A stretch of DNA of 64,000 nt, from the IMG/VR virus record IMGVR_UViG_3300009162_000006; one strand, given 5' to 3'. The notes below the pieces were generated by a model, which was given only the letters and a program-made list of their open reading frames with translations, did no database searches and was not told the DNA's origin. The DNA is from an uncultured virus (IMG/VR IMGVR_UViG_3300009162_000006) (taxonomy: Duplodnaviria > Heunggongvirae > Uroviricota > Caudoviricetes). This document shows, piece by piece, positions 8,520-16,915 of the stretch. Both the position numbers and the translations under genes were made by a program. Position 1 is the stretch's first letter; the number at the start of each line of letters is the position of its first letter.

Positions 8520-9089
8520 TCAGGGAGCGGTGCGCGCGGCACCCGGAGCTTGGAGCGCGAAATAGATCGCGCCGAGGGTGGCGGCGACGAGCAGTGCCAC
8601 GCCAATGATTCCGCCGCCGGACGTGCTCGCGCTCGTAGTCGACTGCACGCAGTCGCCTGTTGCAGGATCGCGTACATTGCCGGGAGCGCACCTCGGTCGG
8701 CACTCACCGTTGACGCACTCGTCGTCGGGATTCGGACACGGGTTCGCGTCGCTGCACGGCGGCGCGGGCGGCGGGGCGTTCCCGCCAGGAGGCGGCGCGT
8801 TCTCGCAGTTGTTCACCAGGTTCTGGAGCTCGCTCACTTGCGCGTTCGCAGCGTTGAGTGCCCCCTGTTGGCCAGCGTACTGGGCGTCGAGCGCCTGACC
8901 TGTCGCGGTGTCGCCGTTCTGGTAGGCCCCGATGCGAGCGGCGTTCAGGTCGACCATGTAGCTCTTGATCGCGTCCCGCTTCGCGATGGCAGCCTGGAGC
9001 TGCGCCTTGTAGGCGTCGCACGCCGCGTTCTGTCCGAGCCAGCGAATCTGACCCAATTGGCCACCTTGTTCGATCCATCGGACGGTCAT
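8520..9089 (-). CDS. RWL-tagged coiled-coil/Cys-rich protein with C-terminal TM
   Basis: MTVRWIEQGGQLGQIRWLGQ at 9089 after GAGGAG SD; coiled coil; EGF-like Cys cluster; TM. Confidence 0.75.
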   Translation of the reverse strand: MTVRWIEQGGQLGQIRWLGQNAACDAYKAQLQAAIAKRDAIKSYMVDLNAARIGAYQNGDTATGQALDAQYAGQQGALNAANAQVSELQNLVNNCENAPPPGGNAPPPAPPCSDANPCPNPDDECVNGECRPRCAPGNVRDPATGDCVQSTTSASTSGGGIIGVALLVAATLGAIYFALQAPGAARTAP

Positions 9090-9099
9090 GTTCTTCTCC

Positions 9100-9489
9100 T
9101 CATGAAAAAGCGGCGTACGCGACGACACCTACGATGGCGATCGCGGCGAGAATGAGTCCCGGGCTCGTCTTCGATTCCGTTGAAGCTGCGGCGGTTGGCG
9201 GCGGGTTGGCACCGCCACCCGATCCTGGCGGGAACTGCGACGACATGCTCGCCGGTTTTATGGGCGCCGTCATTTCGGGACAGAGCGTCCTGCAGTGCTG
9301 GAACGCGAGAAAGTCGTTGAAGTAGAGCGTGCACTCGCCGCGGACTTCTCCCGAATACTGTTGGCACTCCGCGATCGCCTGCGCCGCCTGCGCGCCGTAG
9401 CACGAGACGAACTGCGGGTTCTGCAAGCACCCAGCCGGTGGCAGTCCCAGCCACTGCACGCGCGGTTCATCGAGCCAACGGACTACCAT
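9100..9489 (-). CDS. RWL-tagged Cys-rich protein with C-terminal TM
   Basis: MVVRWLDEPRVQWLGL; TM LILAAIAIVGVVAYAAF. Confidence 0.75.
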   Translation of the reverse strand: MVVRWLDEPRVQWLGLPPAGCLQNPQFVSCYGAQAAQAIAECQQYSGEVRGECTLYFNDFLAFQHCRTLCPEMTAPIKPASMSSQFPPGSGGGANPPPTAAASTESKTSPGLILAAIAIVGVVAYAAFS

Positions 9490-10403
9490 TGGTGACATCC
9501 TTTCAAGGGCGGGAAGAGCTCTACCGTCATCGCCCCGGCGATGCGCTGGTAGATCGCCGTCTCAGCCGCTTCTGTATCAGCGATGCGCGGGTCGCGGGTC
9601 GCGATCAGGAACCTGTCCTCGGGGCGGAGCGCGCCGGTGTCCGTGATCAGCGGGACCTGCGGCCTCGTCAGCGGGTCGGTCTGCCTCACCGAGCCGTAGA
9701 ACACGACTAGCCCCGGACCAGAGACGGCCGCCGCTAGGTCCCAGTCGGTGTTGTCCCACGGGTAGCGGATCTCGTGCAGCGTGCCGAGGTGGTCGACGTC
9801 CTTCGGCGGCGGGACGCCACCCGCTGCCGGCGCGTACGGGATGAGGCGGTTGTAGAGCAGCGCCGTGTCGAGACCGCGGAGCGTCGGCGACGTGTTAGGT
9901 TGCTGGCCCGCGTCCGAGATCATGGGGAAGATGTTGCTGTGGTGCCTCAAGTGCCAGCTCACGTTGCCGTCTGAAAAATGCCAGAACGGCGAAACGACCT
10001 CGAGCATGAGCGGGTAGTTTGGCGGCAAGAGCGACGGCACGGAGCCGAGGGGATTCCCCGGTCCGGACCAGTAGGCGCCGATCTCGAGGTACTGCCTGAG
10101 ACCGCGGACGATGATCGAGGCGCCGCTCGGGATCTCGATGCCGCAGAGCCTGAAAAAGTAGCGTCCGGCTTGGTTCGTTGGCGTGCTGGGCACGCGGATG
10201 CCCGTGTAGCCGACGTCGCCGATGTACGGGCTCGAGCCGATGCCCTGGAGATCGGGGTCGCCCGCCGAGCTCACGAGCTCGACGACGGTCCTGCAGTTCC
10301 ACCGCGGGTCGTCGCGGCGAAGGAATCCACCCTTGCCGCAGGCGTCGATCATCGATGACTCGACCCGGCCCGGCTCGATCAGCTGCTTCGCCGGATCGCC
10401 CAT
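9483..10403 (-). CDS. Putative capsid-associated beta-rich protein (306 aa)
   Basis: Third gene of a three-gene soluble beta-rich block; no TM. Confidence 0.4.
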   Translation of the reverse strand: MGDPAKQLIEPGRVESSMIDACGKGGFLRRDDPRWNCRTVVELVSSAGDPDLQGIGSSPYIGDVGYTGIRVPSTPTNQAGRYFFRLCGIEIPSGASIIVRGLRQYLEIGAYWSGPGNPLGSVPSLLPPNYPLMLEVVSPFWHFSDGNVSWHLRHHSNIFPMISDAGQQPNTSPTLRGLDTALLYNRLIPYAPAAGGVPPPKDVDHLGTLHEIRYPWDNTDWDLAAAVSGPGLVVFYGSVRQTDPLTRPQVPLITDTGALRPEDRFLIATRDPRIADTEAAETAIYQRIAGAMTVELFPPLKGCHQW

Positions 10404-10413
10404 CGAGCCCTCC

Positions 10414-11088
10414 TTACGGGCAGGGTGCGACGCAGGTATTCTCGAGCAGCCCAGCCGACCTGAGATACTGCACGACCTGCGCGTAGCCGCACGCGCTGTA
10501 GAGCCCGCGAGGGAGTCTGATCGCGTGCATGGTGATCGTCGCGATGGTCGGGAGCTCGTCTTCAGCGAGCGCCCGGAGATTCGTGAAATTGGCTTGGATC
10601 GTCGCGCCGCACGAGAGCACGATGCCCTGCGGGCACACGCACGAGAACTTGGTGATGACGTTCTCGAGCGGCGTGTAATCCACGCTGATGAGGTACCGGC
10701 AGTAGCTGTTGATGACGAGTTGCAAGTTGATGTTGGGGTTCAACTTGTTCATCTCGTCGGACAACGACTTCAGGATGTTGCCCGCGAAGGCGTTCGGGCG
10801 CTGGACGGTGTAGACGACCTCTTTCACCCAGAGGTCGGTCTCGACGACTCCCGAGACCTGACCGACGACCGACTGGTTCGCCGCTTGTGCCGTCCACGTC
10901 GCGGCGACGTCGAGCATCTCCCACCCGCCGGTGAGAGCGACGCCCGGAGCCATCATCTGGTCTGACTCGCCCACGGTCCCCATCTGGTGGAGCACGTAGG
11001 CGAGATGTTTGTCGTAGCGCGCAATTTCGCCGAGGGTCATCGGTTGTCCGAAGACCTTGCCGACCGGCACTTGCTGGATAGCGTTCAC
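10414..11088 (-). CDS. Candidate single jelly-roll capsid protein (224 aa)
   Basis: Alternating beta-strand pattern (INLQLVINS, IQANFTN, ATITMHAIRL) and size; inference only. Confidence 0.4.
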   Translation of the reverse strand: MNAIQQVPVGKVFGQPMTLGEIARYDKHLAYVLHQMGTVGESDQMMAPGVALTGGWEMLDVAATWTAQAANQSVVGQVSGVVETDLWVKEVVYTVQRPNAFAGNILKSLSDEMNKLNPNINLQLVINSYCRYLISVDYTPLENVITKFSCVCPQGIVLSCGATIQANFTNLRALAEDELPTIATITMHAIRLPRGLYSACGYAQVVQYLRSAGLLENTCVAPCP

Positions 11089-11148
11089 AGTGATCCTCCG
11101 CGCTTACGACTAGACCTCGCCTACTTGCTTTTTCGAGACCTCCTGAGA

Positions 11149-12387
11149 TCAGCCTCGGTTCATCACCTCGCCCTGCGGCGCGCCGCTGAGCATGTTCTTG
11201 GTCTTCTGCACCTGATCCGCCGGCAAGCCGGAGAGCATCTTGCGTAGCGAGTCATCTCGCTCCGCGGCGCGGAAGATGTCATTGACGAAGGGCGTGCCCT
11301 GGATCATCTGGGTCTGGATCGAACCAGGCACCAGGTTGATCAGGTAGTCGAGGCACGCGGCCGGAGTGAGCGCGTAGCCCGTCAGCACGACGCCGAGCGA
11401 GATGCAGCCACCGGGCACCGTGTAGACGCCGGGGAAGCCGCTCGCCGAGCAGAACGTGTCGCCAAATTGCGCGTCGGGCAGCGTCGGGTTCGCGCAGTCG
11501 AGAACGAACGCGCGCCGCATGTCCTCCAAGAAACAGCAGTCGTTCTCGACCCGCTGGAACTGCACGTCGAAGCGCATTCCCGGCAGGTAGATGATCGGCT
11601 GGTTCAGGCAGAAGATGCGGTTTCCAACTCCGCGAATGGCGTTGTGCCCGTAGATGACCTCGGCGGTCGGGGCGCCGAGGCACTCCGTTCCAGCGTGGTT
11701 CTGCGGGAGGAAGCGCAGGTTGCATCCCTTGTCAGCGAGGATGTCGTTGACCTCGCGGACGTACGGGGACGCGCTGATGAGCGCGTGTCCCGCACCGACG
11801 AACTCGGGCGAGTCCGGCACCATGCCGACGTCGAACAGCGACTCGTCGAGGACGAGGTAGCGCCGCCAGACGGCCATCTGGAGCCTGAAAGCGTTGAAAA
11901 ACGCCTCGATGCCCCTCCAGCCTGCTCCACCGTAATCGAGCACGGCGTCGTGCTGACCAGCGGCGGGGCAGCCCTCGACGACGGGCACGCAGTTGCCGGT
12001 CGTACCGGCGGTGGGTTGCGGGACCATGCGTCCCGGCAGAGAGAAGCCGAAGCCCTTGCCGATGGCGACCACGCCGACGCCGAGGACGACGAACGGCTCG
12101 TTCGTTCCCGCGGCGAACGTCGCGTTCGTCTGCGTACCCGGGCACGGTCCGACGTCCTGCACGAAGAGCGGGATCGAGGCCGCGAACTTCGCGTTGAACT
12201 CGTCCGGCGTCATCGGCAGCTGGATCTGCTGCACGTGGTAGTAGTACGTCCGCAACTTGGCGAGCGGCGTCTGCACCGCTTGGCCGACCGTTCCGTAGAA
12301 GCGGTTGTACTCGAGGGGGTTGCCGCGGAGCTGACTGATCAGCGGCTGGATGGGTTGCGAAACGATCGTCTTGTTCATCTGGACCAT
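11149..12387 (-). CDS. Candidate major capsid protein (412 aa, jelly-roll-like)
   Basis: Beta-rich (PFVVLGVGVVAIG, PIIYLPGMRFDVQF, ISLGVVLTGY); AG-rich leader with hairpin; lies next to a core-like protein. Confidence 0.45.
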   Translation of the reverse strand: MVQMNKTIVSQPIQPLISQLRGNPLEYNRFYGTVGQAVQTPLAKLRTYYYHVQQIQLPMTPDEFNAKFAASIPLFVQDVGPCPGTQTNATFAAGTNEPFVVLGVGVVAIGKGFGFSLPGRMVPQPTAGTTGNCVPVVEGCPAAGQHDAVLDYGGAGWRGIEAFFNAFRLQMAVWRRYLVLDESLFDVGMVPDSPEFVGAGHALISASPYVREVNDILADKGCNLRFLPQNHAGTECLGAPTAEVIYGHNAIRGVGNRIFCLNQPIIYLPGMRFDVQFQRVENDCCFLEDMRRAFVLDCANPTLPDAQFGDTFCSASGFPGVYTVPGGCISLGVVLTGYALTPAACLDYLINLVPGSIQTQMIQGTPFVNDIFRAAERDDSLRKMLSGLPADQVQKTKNMLSGAPQGEVMNRG

Positions 12388-12470
12388 GGGCTTCTCTCTC
12401 TTTTCAAAACCGGGTGGTTACTTGGCCAAGACCCGGCGCTTCAAATTCTCGAACTCTCGTCTTGCTCGAC

Positions 12471-14234
12471 TTACTCGTTGCCGCCGAGCGTGGCGTAGTT
12501 GACCGAGTCCTTCGCTCCGTTCGCGCCGCTGACGCCGGTCACGACCGGGTACAGGGACGCGGTCGGGACGATGGGTCCGGTCGCTTGGTACGTGATGGGC
12601 GGGGCTGGCGGCACCATCGGGTTCACCACCACGCCGGTGGGGACGCCCGTCGGGACGACCGGGTTCATCGAGCTCGTGTTGAGGACGACGTTGCACGCCG
12701 CTTCCGGCATGACGACTTCCTGTCCCACGATCCAGAACGACTCCGGACCTCCTCCGCCGTTCATCGCGGCGATGTCTTGGACGCTCACGCCAGACGACGA
12801 AGCGACGGCGTAGATGTCCACGCCGGGCTGCACCGTGTACGCGCACTTGCGACCGCCGCCGTTGCAGAGGTCGCACTGCGAGCAACCGGAGTAGTGCCCA
12901 CCGTTGCCGCCGCACGTGTCGCAGTGACCGACACGCCCGTCGGCGATGAACTTCCGAGGCGCACCGACCATCGCGCGCACCGAGGGACGACCCGCGGCAC
13001 CGAGCTGGGCGATGCCCACCGGGATGATGATCGGCGAGCTGATGATCGGGTTGTTCTGGTCTTGGTTCTGGCTGAGCGCCGGAATCTGCGACCAGTCCTC
13101 GAACGCCGCGTCCACTTTGTCCTGCGCGTCGAGCTGCTCGAGCGCGTACATGCGGTTCGCGAGAGTCTGCTCGCTCGCGTCCTTCGTCTTGAGGAGCCAC
13201 GGAATGGCCCACCACTCGATGAACTGGAGGAACAGGTTCGAGCCGAAGCCGAGGGCGATGCCGCCGAGCAGCCACGGAGCGACGCCACGGTTGCGGAGCG
13301 CGTACGCGGCGCCGATCGCGAGCACCGCGCCACCAGCTTGGACGCCGAGGCGGATGAGCGTGGGGCGACGGTTGATCGCGGCCGCAGCAGCGCGACCGTA
13401 CCAAGCGCGGTTCGCCTTCATGCCCGACTTCGAGTCGGCCGGCTTCATGGTCGCGATCCAGCGGTCGGCACCACGGGCAGCGGCGAGACCGAAGGCGAGA
13501 CCAGCGGAAGCGATGGCGAAGCTCTTGATAGAGGCCATGCTGTACGGACCCATCGGGTTCTCGAAGAGACCCGCGTACGGCGGATTCGACGTCAGCTCAC
13601 CGAAGCTCGGGTTCGCGTAACGACGATTGTACCGACGACGCTTGCGGCGCGGGTTGGCGGCGAGTCCACCTTGCCCGTGCATGTGCGTGTGGATCGTGAT
13701 CCCACTCGAGGGGTTCGCGCGACGGCGCCCGTGGCGACGCCGCTTTGCACGCCAGCCCTTCTTCGCTGCGCGTCGGTGCATACCGCGGTGGTCTCGCGGC
13801 CAACGCGGTCGACGTCGATGCCTGCGCGGATTCGATGCCGTGTTCGCTCGCCGACGACGATGCCGACGACGCTTCCGACGCGGATTCGCTGTCGGTGCCG
13901 CCGCGGTGTTGGCTCGCCGACGACGATGCCGACGACGCTTCCGACGCGGGTTAGCAGCCGGTGCTGCCGCGGTGTTGGCTCGCCGACGACGATGCCGACG
14001 ACGCTTTCGACGCGGGTTAGCAGCTGGTGCTGCCGCGGTGTTCGCGCGACGTCGGTGATGCCGACGGCGCTTTAGAAACCGACCTTTAGAATCGCGTGCT
14101 CGTCTCGCCATGTCTGGATCCTCGTGAGCGATGTTGATTGCCTGGGCACGATTCGACTTGATCGGATTTGCTGCTCGTGCATCGACGATGCTCTGTCGAA
14201 CTAGCAATCCGATCTTGGTCGGTGTCGTGCTCAT
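12471..14234 (-). CDS. Arg-rich protamine-like core protein fused to TM segments, Cys/His cluster and LysM domain
   Basis: ARDSKGRF, (ANTAAAPAANPRRKRRRHRRRR)x3, hydrophobic helices, CDTC..CSQCDLC, LysM-like YTVQPGVDIYAVA...VQDIAAMN...IVGQEVVMP. Alternative start at 14111. Confidence 0.75.
   Translation of the reverse strand: MSTTPTKIGLLVRQSIVDARAANPIKSNRAQAINIAHEDPDMARRARDSKGRFLKRRRHHRRRANTAAAPAANPRRKRRRHRRRRANTAAAPAANPRRKRRRHRRRRANTAAAPTANPRRKRRRHRRRRANTASNPRRHRRRPRWPRDHRGMHRRAAKKGWRAKRRRHGRRRANPSSGITIHTHMHGQGGLAANPRRKRRRYNRRYANPSFGELTSNPPYAGLFENPMGPYSMASIKSFAIASAGLAFGLAAARGADRWIATMKPADSKSGMKANRAWYGRAAAAAINRRPTLIRLGVQAGGAVLAIGAAYALRNRGVAPWLLGGIALGFGSNLFLQFIEWWAIPWLLKTKDASEQTLANRMYALEQLDAQDKVDAAFEDWSQIPALSQNQDQNNPIISSPIIIPVGIAQLGAAGRPSVRAMVGAPRKFIADGRVGHCDTCGGNGGHYSGCSQCDLCNGGGRKCAYTVQPGVDIYAVASSSGVSVQDIAAMNGGGGPESFWIVGQEVVMPEAACNVVLNTSSMNPVVPTGVPTGVVVNPMVPPAPPITYQATGPIVPTASLYPVVTGVSGANGAKDSVNYATLGGNE
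13846..14043. repeat. 66-bp imperfect tandem repeat x3 encoding ANTAAAPAANPRRKRRRHRRRR
   Basis: tgccgacgacgcttccgacg recurs at 13861 and 13927, with a near copy at about 13993. Confidence 0.9.
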
Positions 14235-14275
14235 CTTCTCGCGGTTGATCTATCCCGACCAAGTTACGAATTGCA

Positions 14276-14854
14276 TTATGGCCAGACGAAACCACGATCG
14301 TCAACAGAGCATCCGTCAGGCAACGGCAGTCTCCACGCGAGTGGTTGCTTCGAGTCGCACAAGTCGACTGCTGGATCGAACTCGTGCTCGTAGTCATCTT
14401 GCAAGTCACCCGCGCGAAAATATCGGATGAAACGCACGGGACCGAGCTCGCGCCACGGTCCTTCTGGGATGTCGACCGAGCCGCATTTGATCGGCGTTGC
14501 TGCTCCAAAATAACTTTGGGCGGCTTTGAGTTGTTCGTGGGGCAGATCCGATGGCGCTATGCCAGCTCCTGAGTGCCATTTCACAATGTATAGGTCGCAT
14601 TTTGACAGCAAAATGCCCCGCGTATCGTGAACGACCACGTAACCACGCGGCAGCTTGATATCCGGACTCGGAATGCGCGGTGTCCAGATAACTCGACCAT
14701 TTTCCTCGACGCGCCGGTAGCCGGCTCGCTTGAGTCGCTGCCACTTTTCCTCGGATACAAAGCTCACCTTGTCACCGCGGATGAGCATGAATCCGACATC
14801 GCACAATCCACTCTCACAGACTTCCGCCTCAGCGACTCGACCGGGTTGTGTCAC
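14276..14854 (-). CDS. Hypothetical protein (192 aa, lower GC)
   Basis: Coupled to 14851-15531; protein-like composition. Confidence 0.6.
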   Translation of the reverse strand: MTQPGRVAEAEVCESGLCDVGFMLIRGDKVSFVSEEKWQRLKRAGYRRVEENGRVIWTPRIPSPDIKLPRGYVVVHDTRGILLSKCDLYIVKWHSGAGIAPSDLPHEQLKAAQSYFGAATPIKCGSVDIPEGPWRELGPVRFIRYFRAGDLQDDYEHEFDPAVDLCDSKQPLAWRLPLPDGCSVDDRGFVWP

Positions 14855-15531
14855 GCACGCACTCCTCTCGAAAAATAGATGGCGCTTCCAATCGCGAGTG
14901 CGATGCCCGCGATCAACAGAGGACTCGCTCCCGATGAAGATCTCGGGATCGTCACCGGCAAATCACCTCGCGCTGCGTTCGAGTAACCGATGATCCGCGT
15001 CACGTAATCGATCGCGACACCATTCGCGCAGTCGGCGACGAGGTTGAAGCGGTTCGGAGCACCGCACTTGCCCGCACCGCACTTCGCCGAGCCCGCGTTG
15101 TAACCGGCGGCGGTCTTGATGGGGTTGTCCTTGTACTTCGTCATGAGCTGGTCGACGTACTTCGCGCCGAGCTCGATGTTGAGCGCGGCGTTGTCGAGGA
15201 GCTCGCTCGAGCTCACCGGACGACCAGCCATCGACGACGCCGTCGCGGGGAGCAAACCCATAAGGCCGTAGCAGCAGTAACTGTGCGCGTTCTTGTCGCC
15301 GCCGCTCTCCGTCGCGACGAAGCCCGCGATGAAGTTGGGCCACAGATCGAATTTCATCGCCGCCGCGTTGATCTCCGTCGACCACTGCTTGACCGCGCTC
15401 GGGAGCGCCTTCTTGACGACGCCCTCGCCCTCGATCTCGATCGCGCCGCCGTCGAGCCAGCGCGCGCGAGGTCCGGCACCGCACCCAGAGTCGAACCACG
15501 AGCTCAGGCTGACGGCGTCGAGGAACATCAC
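14851..15531 (-). CDS. Lytic transglycosylase (SLT) with C-terminal TM
   Basis: ATESGG catalytic Glu, GLMGL, NIELGAKY, AGYNAG motifs; internal ARWLD; TM LLIAGIALAIGSAIYF. Confidence 0.85.
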   Translation of the reverse strand: MMFLDAVSLSSWFDSGCGAGPRARWLDGGAIEIEGEGVVKKALPSAVKQWSTEINAAAMKFDLWPNFIAGFVATESGGDKNAHSYCCYGLMGLLPATASSMAGRPVSSSELLDNAALNIELGAKYVDQLMTKYKDNPIKTAAGYNAGSAKCGAGKCGAPNRFNLVADCANGVAIDYVTRIIGYSNAARGDLPVTIPRSSSGASPLLIAGIALAIGSAIYFSRGVRA

Positions 15532-16721
15532 GCTGCCGGCGGGTAATGCTCGAACTCACCCGAGCGAGCTTCGTCTTCCCACTTCTTTGCTAGGCTCCGC
15601 GACACCATGCCGCGCGTGGCGGGGTTGAAGATCCGGCTCCAGTTCCCGGGCGAGTCAAACTCCTTCGCGTACGCCTTCGCCGCGCTCTCCACGACGTAGC
15701 TCCACGCCTGCGGCGCTAGTGACGACTCGTACGTGCCCTTCTTCCACTTACGCCAGAGGTTCTGCGAGATCGAACGTCCTTGACCCTGTCCGTGCATCGA
15801 GAATCGCGCGTCGTTATCGATGTAGAGTTCGAGCTCGTCGGCCGCCGTCTCGTCACCAGCTTCGCGGTGTCCGGGATTGAGCGCCGGAGTCGCCATCGCC
15901 GGACTGCCGCCGGGCTTAGGGATGAACTTGACGACCACGTAGAGCACGCCGAGCCCGAGCGCGATGTAACCGAGCGTCTTCAGCGTGTCGGATTCAAAAC
16001 CCTTCTTCGCGCCCGTTGAACTCGTCTCTTGTTTCTGGAGCTCGGTCGCGCCTTCGTACATGCTCTTATTGAGCTTCGCCGCGTCCTCCGCAGTCGCTTT
16101 GCCGGAGGCGACGAGGTCGGCGTGCTTCTTCGCCGCCTCGGCGAGCGTCTTCTGCGTCTTCTGCTCGGCGATCACCTGGAGCGTCTGCAGGGCCTTGTTG
16201 ATGAGCAGGTACAAGATGAGCGCCTGCACGAGCACGAGCGCGGCTGCGACGCCGAAGATGACGACGGGCGCGACGCCGACTTGGCCGGTGACGTGCTGCG
16301 GATTGCCGCTCGCGTCGACGAGCACGGGCACGCCCGCCGCGTCGAGCTGCAGGCGGAGTACATCGCTCTGGAAACCCTCGATCGAGAAGTTCTTGAGCTG
16401 GTCGTCCCAGAACAGCTTGCGTTTGCCGGCGAGCACGTCGTCGGCCGCGGCGACCAGTAAATTCGCCATAGCTGTCGCGTCCACGGCCTGCTGCTCGAGG
16501 TCAGGAGACCAGCCGTTGTTGTCGGCCCCGCTCTCACCCGACGCCGCGGACATGAAGGGCAAGCTCAGGTTCGCGCGCACCTGCTTCAGCGTGTTGTAGG
16601 CATTGACCGCTTCTTTTTTCGCTGCCGCGACAGAATCTCGGAGGCCCGCCACATATGAACCGATGGCCTCGAGAGTGCTCGACGGTGTCGGCGGCTGACC
16701 GAGGTGGTTGATCGCGATCAT
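15528..16721 (-). CDS. Two-TM virion protein with post-TM NP motif and cargo domain
   Basis: HLGQ, TGQVGVAPVVIF-TM, second TM, ALNPGH, then ELELYIDND...KKGTYE...WSYVVESAAKAYAKEF. Confidence 0.7.
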   Translation of the reverse strand: MIAINHLGQPPTPSSTLEAIGSYVAGLRDSVAAAKKEAVNAYNTLKQVRANLSLPFMSAASGESGADNNGWSPDLEQQAVDATAMANLLVAAADDVLAGKRKLFWDDQLKNFSIEGFQSDVLRLQLDAAGVPVLVDASGNPQHVTGQVGVAPVVIFGVAAALVLVQALILYLLINKALQTLQVIAEQKTQKTLAEAAKKHADLVASGKATAEDAAKLNKSMYEGATELQKQETSSTGAKKGFESDTLKTLGYIALGLGVLYVVVKFIPKPGGSPAMATPALNPGHREAGDETAADELELYIDNDARFSMHGQGQGRSISQNLWRKWKKGTYESSLAPQAWSYVVESAAKAYAKEFDSPGNWSRIFNPATRGMVSRSLAKKWEDEARSGEFEHYPPAA

Positions 16722-16915
16722 TGTGCTTTCCTCCCGAAGAGCTCCCAGAGATGTACCACGAGACCGGTGCCGCTGATGAGCACGGACGCGAGCAGGATCT
16801 TCTCGACGTTCGAGAGTCCCTGCTTGACCGTGCCCTCCTGCACCGGACCGGCTTGACCAACGCCCACGAGCCAGGCGTCGACGCGGGGTTCGTCCTCTTC
16901 AATCCAGCGGATCAT
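16718..16915 (-). CDS. Small RWI-tagged membrane protein
   Basis: MIRWIEEDEPRVDAWLVGVGQ plus a hydrophobic C-terminus. Confidence 0.7.
   Translation of the reverse strand: MIRWIEEDEPRVDAWLVGVGQAGPVQEGTVKQGLSNVEKILLASVLISGTGLVVHLWELFGRKAQ

Noticed and set aside
13846..14043. 66-bp repeats as a CRISPR or non-coding array
   Set aside because: No spacers; an in-frame coding repeat with synonymous differences.
12414..14075. Long plus-strand ORF (553 aa) and similar antisense ORFs across the window
   Set aside because: Shadow frames of GC-rich genes; the opposite strand carries the motifs and the coupled start/stop overlaps.
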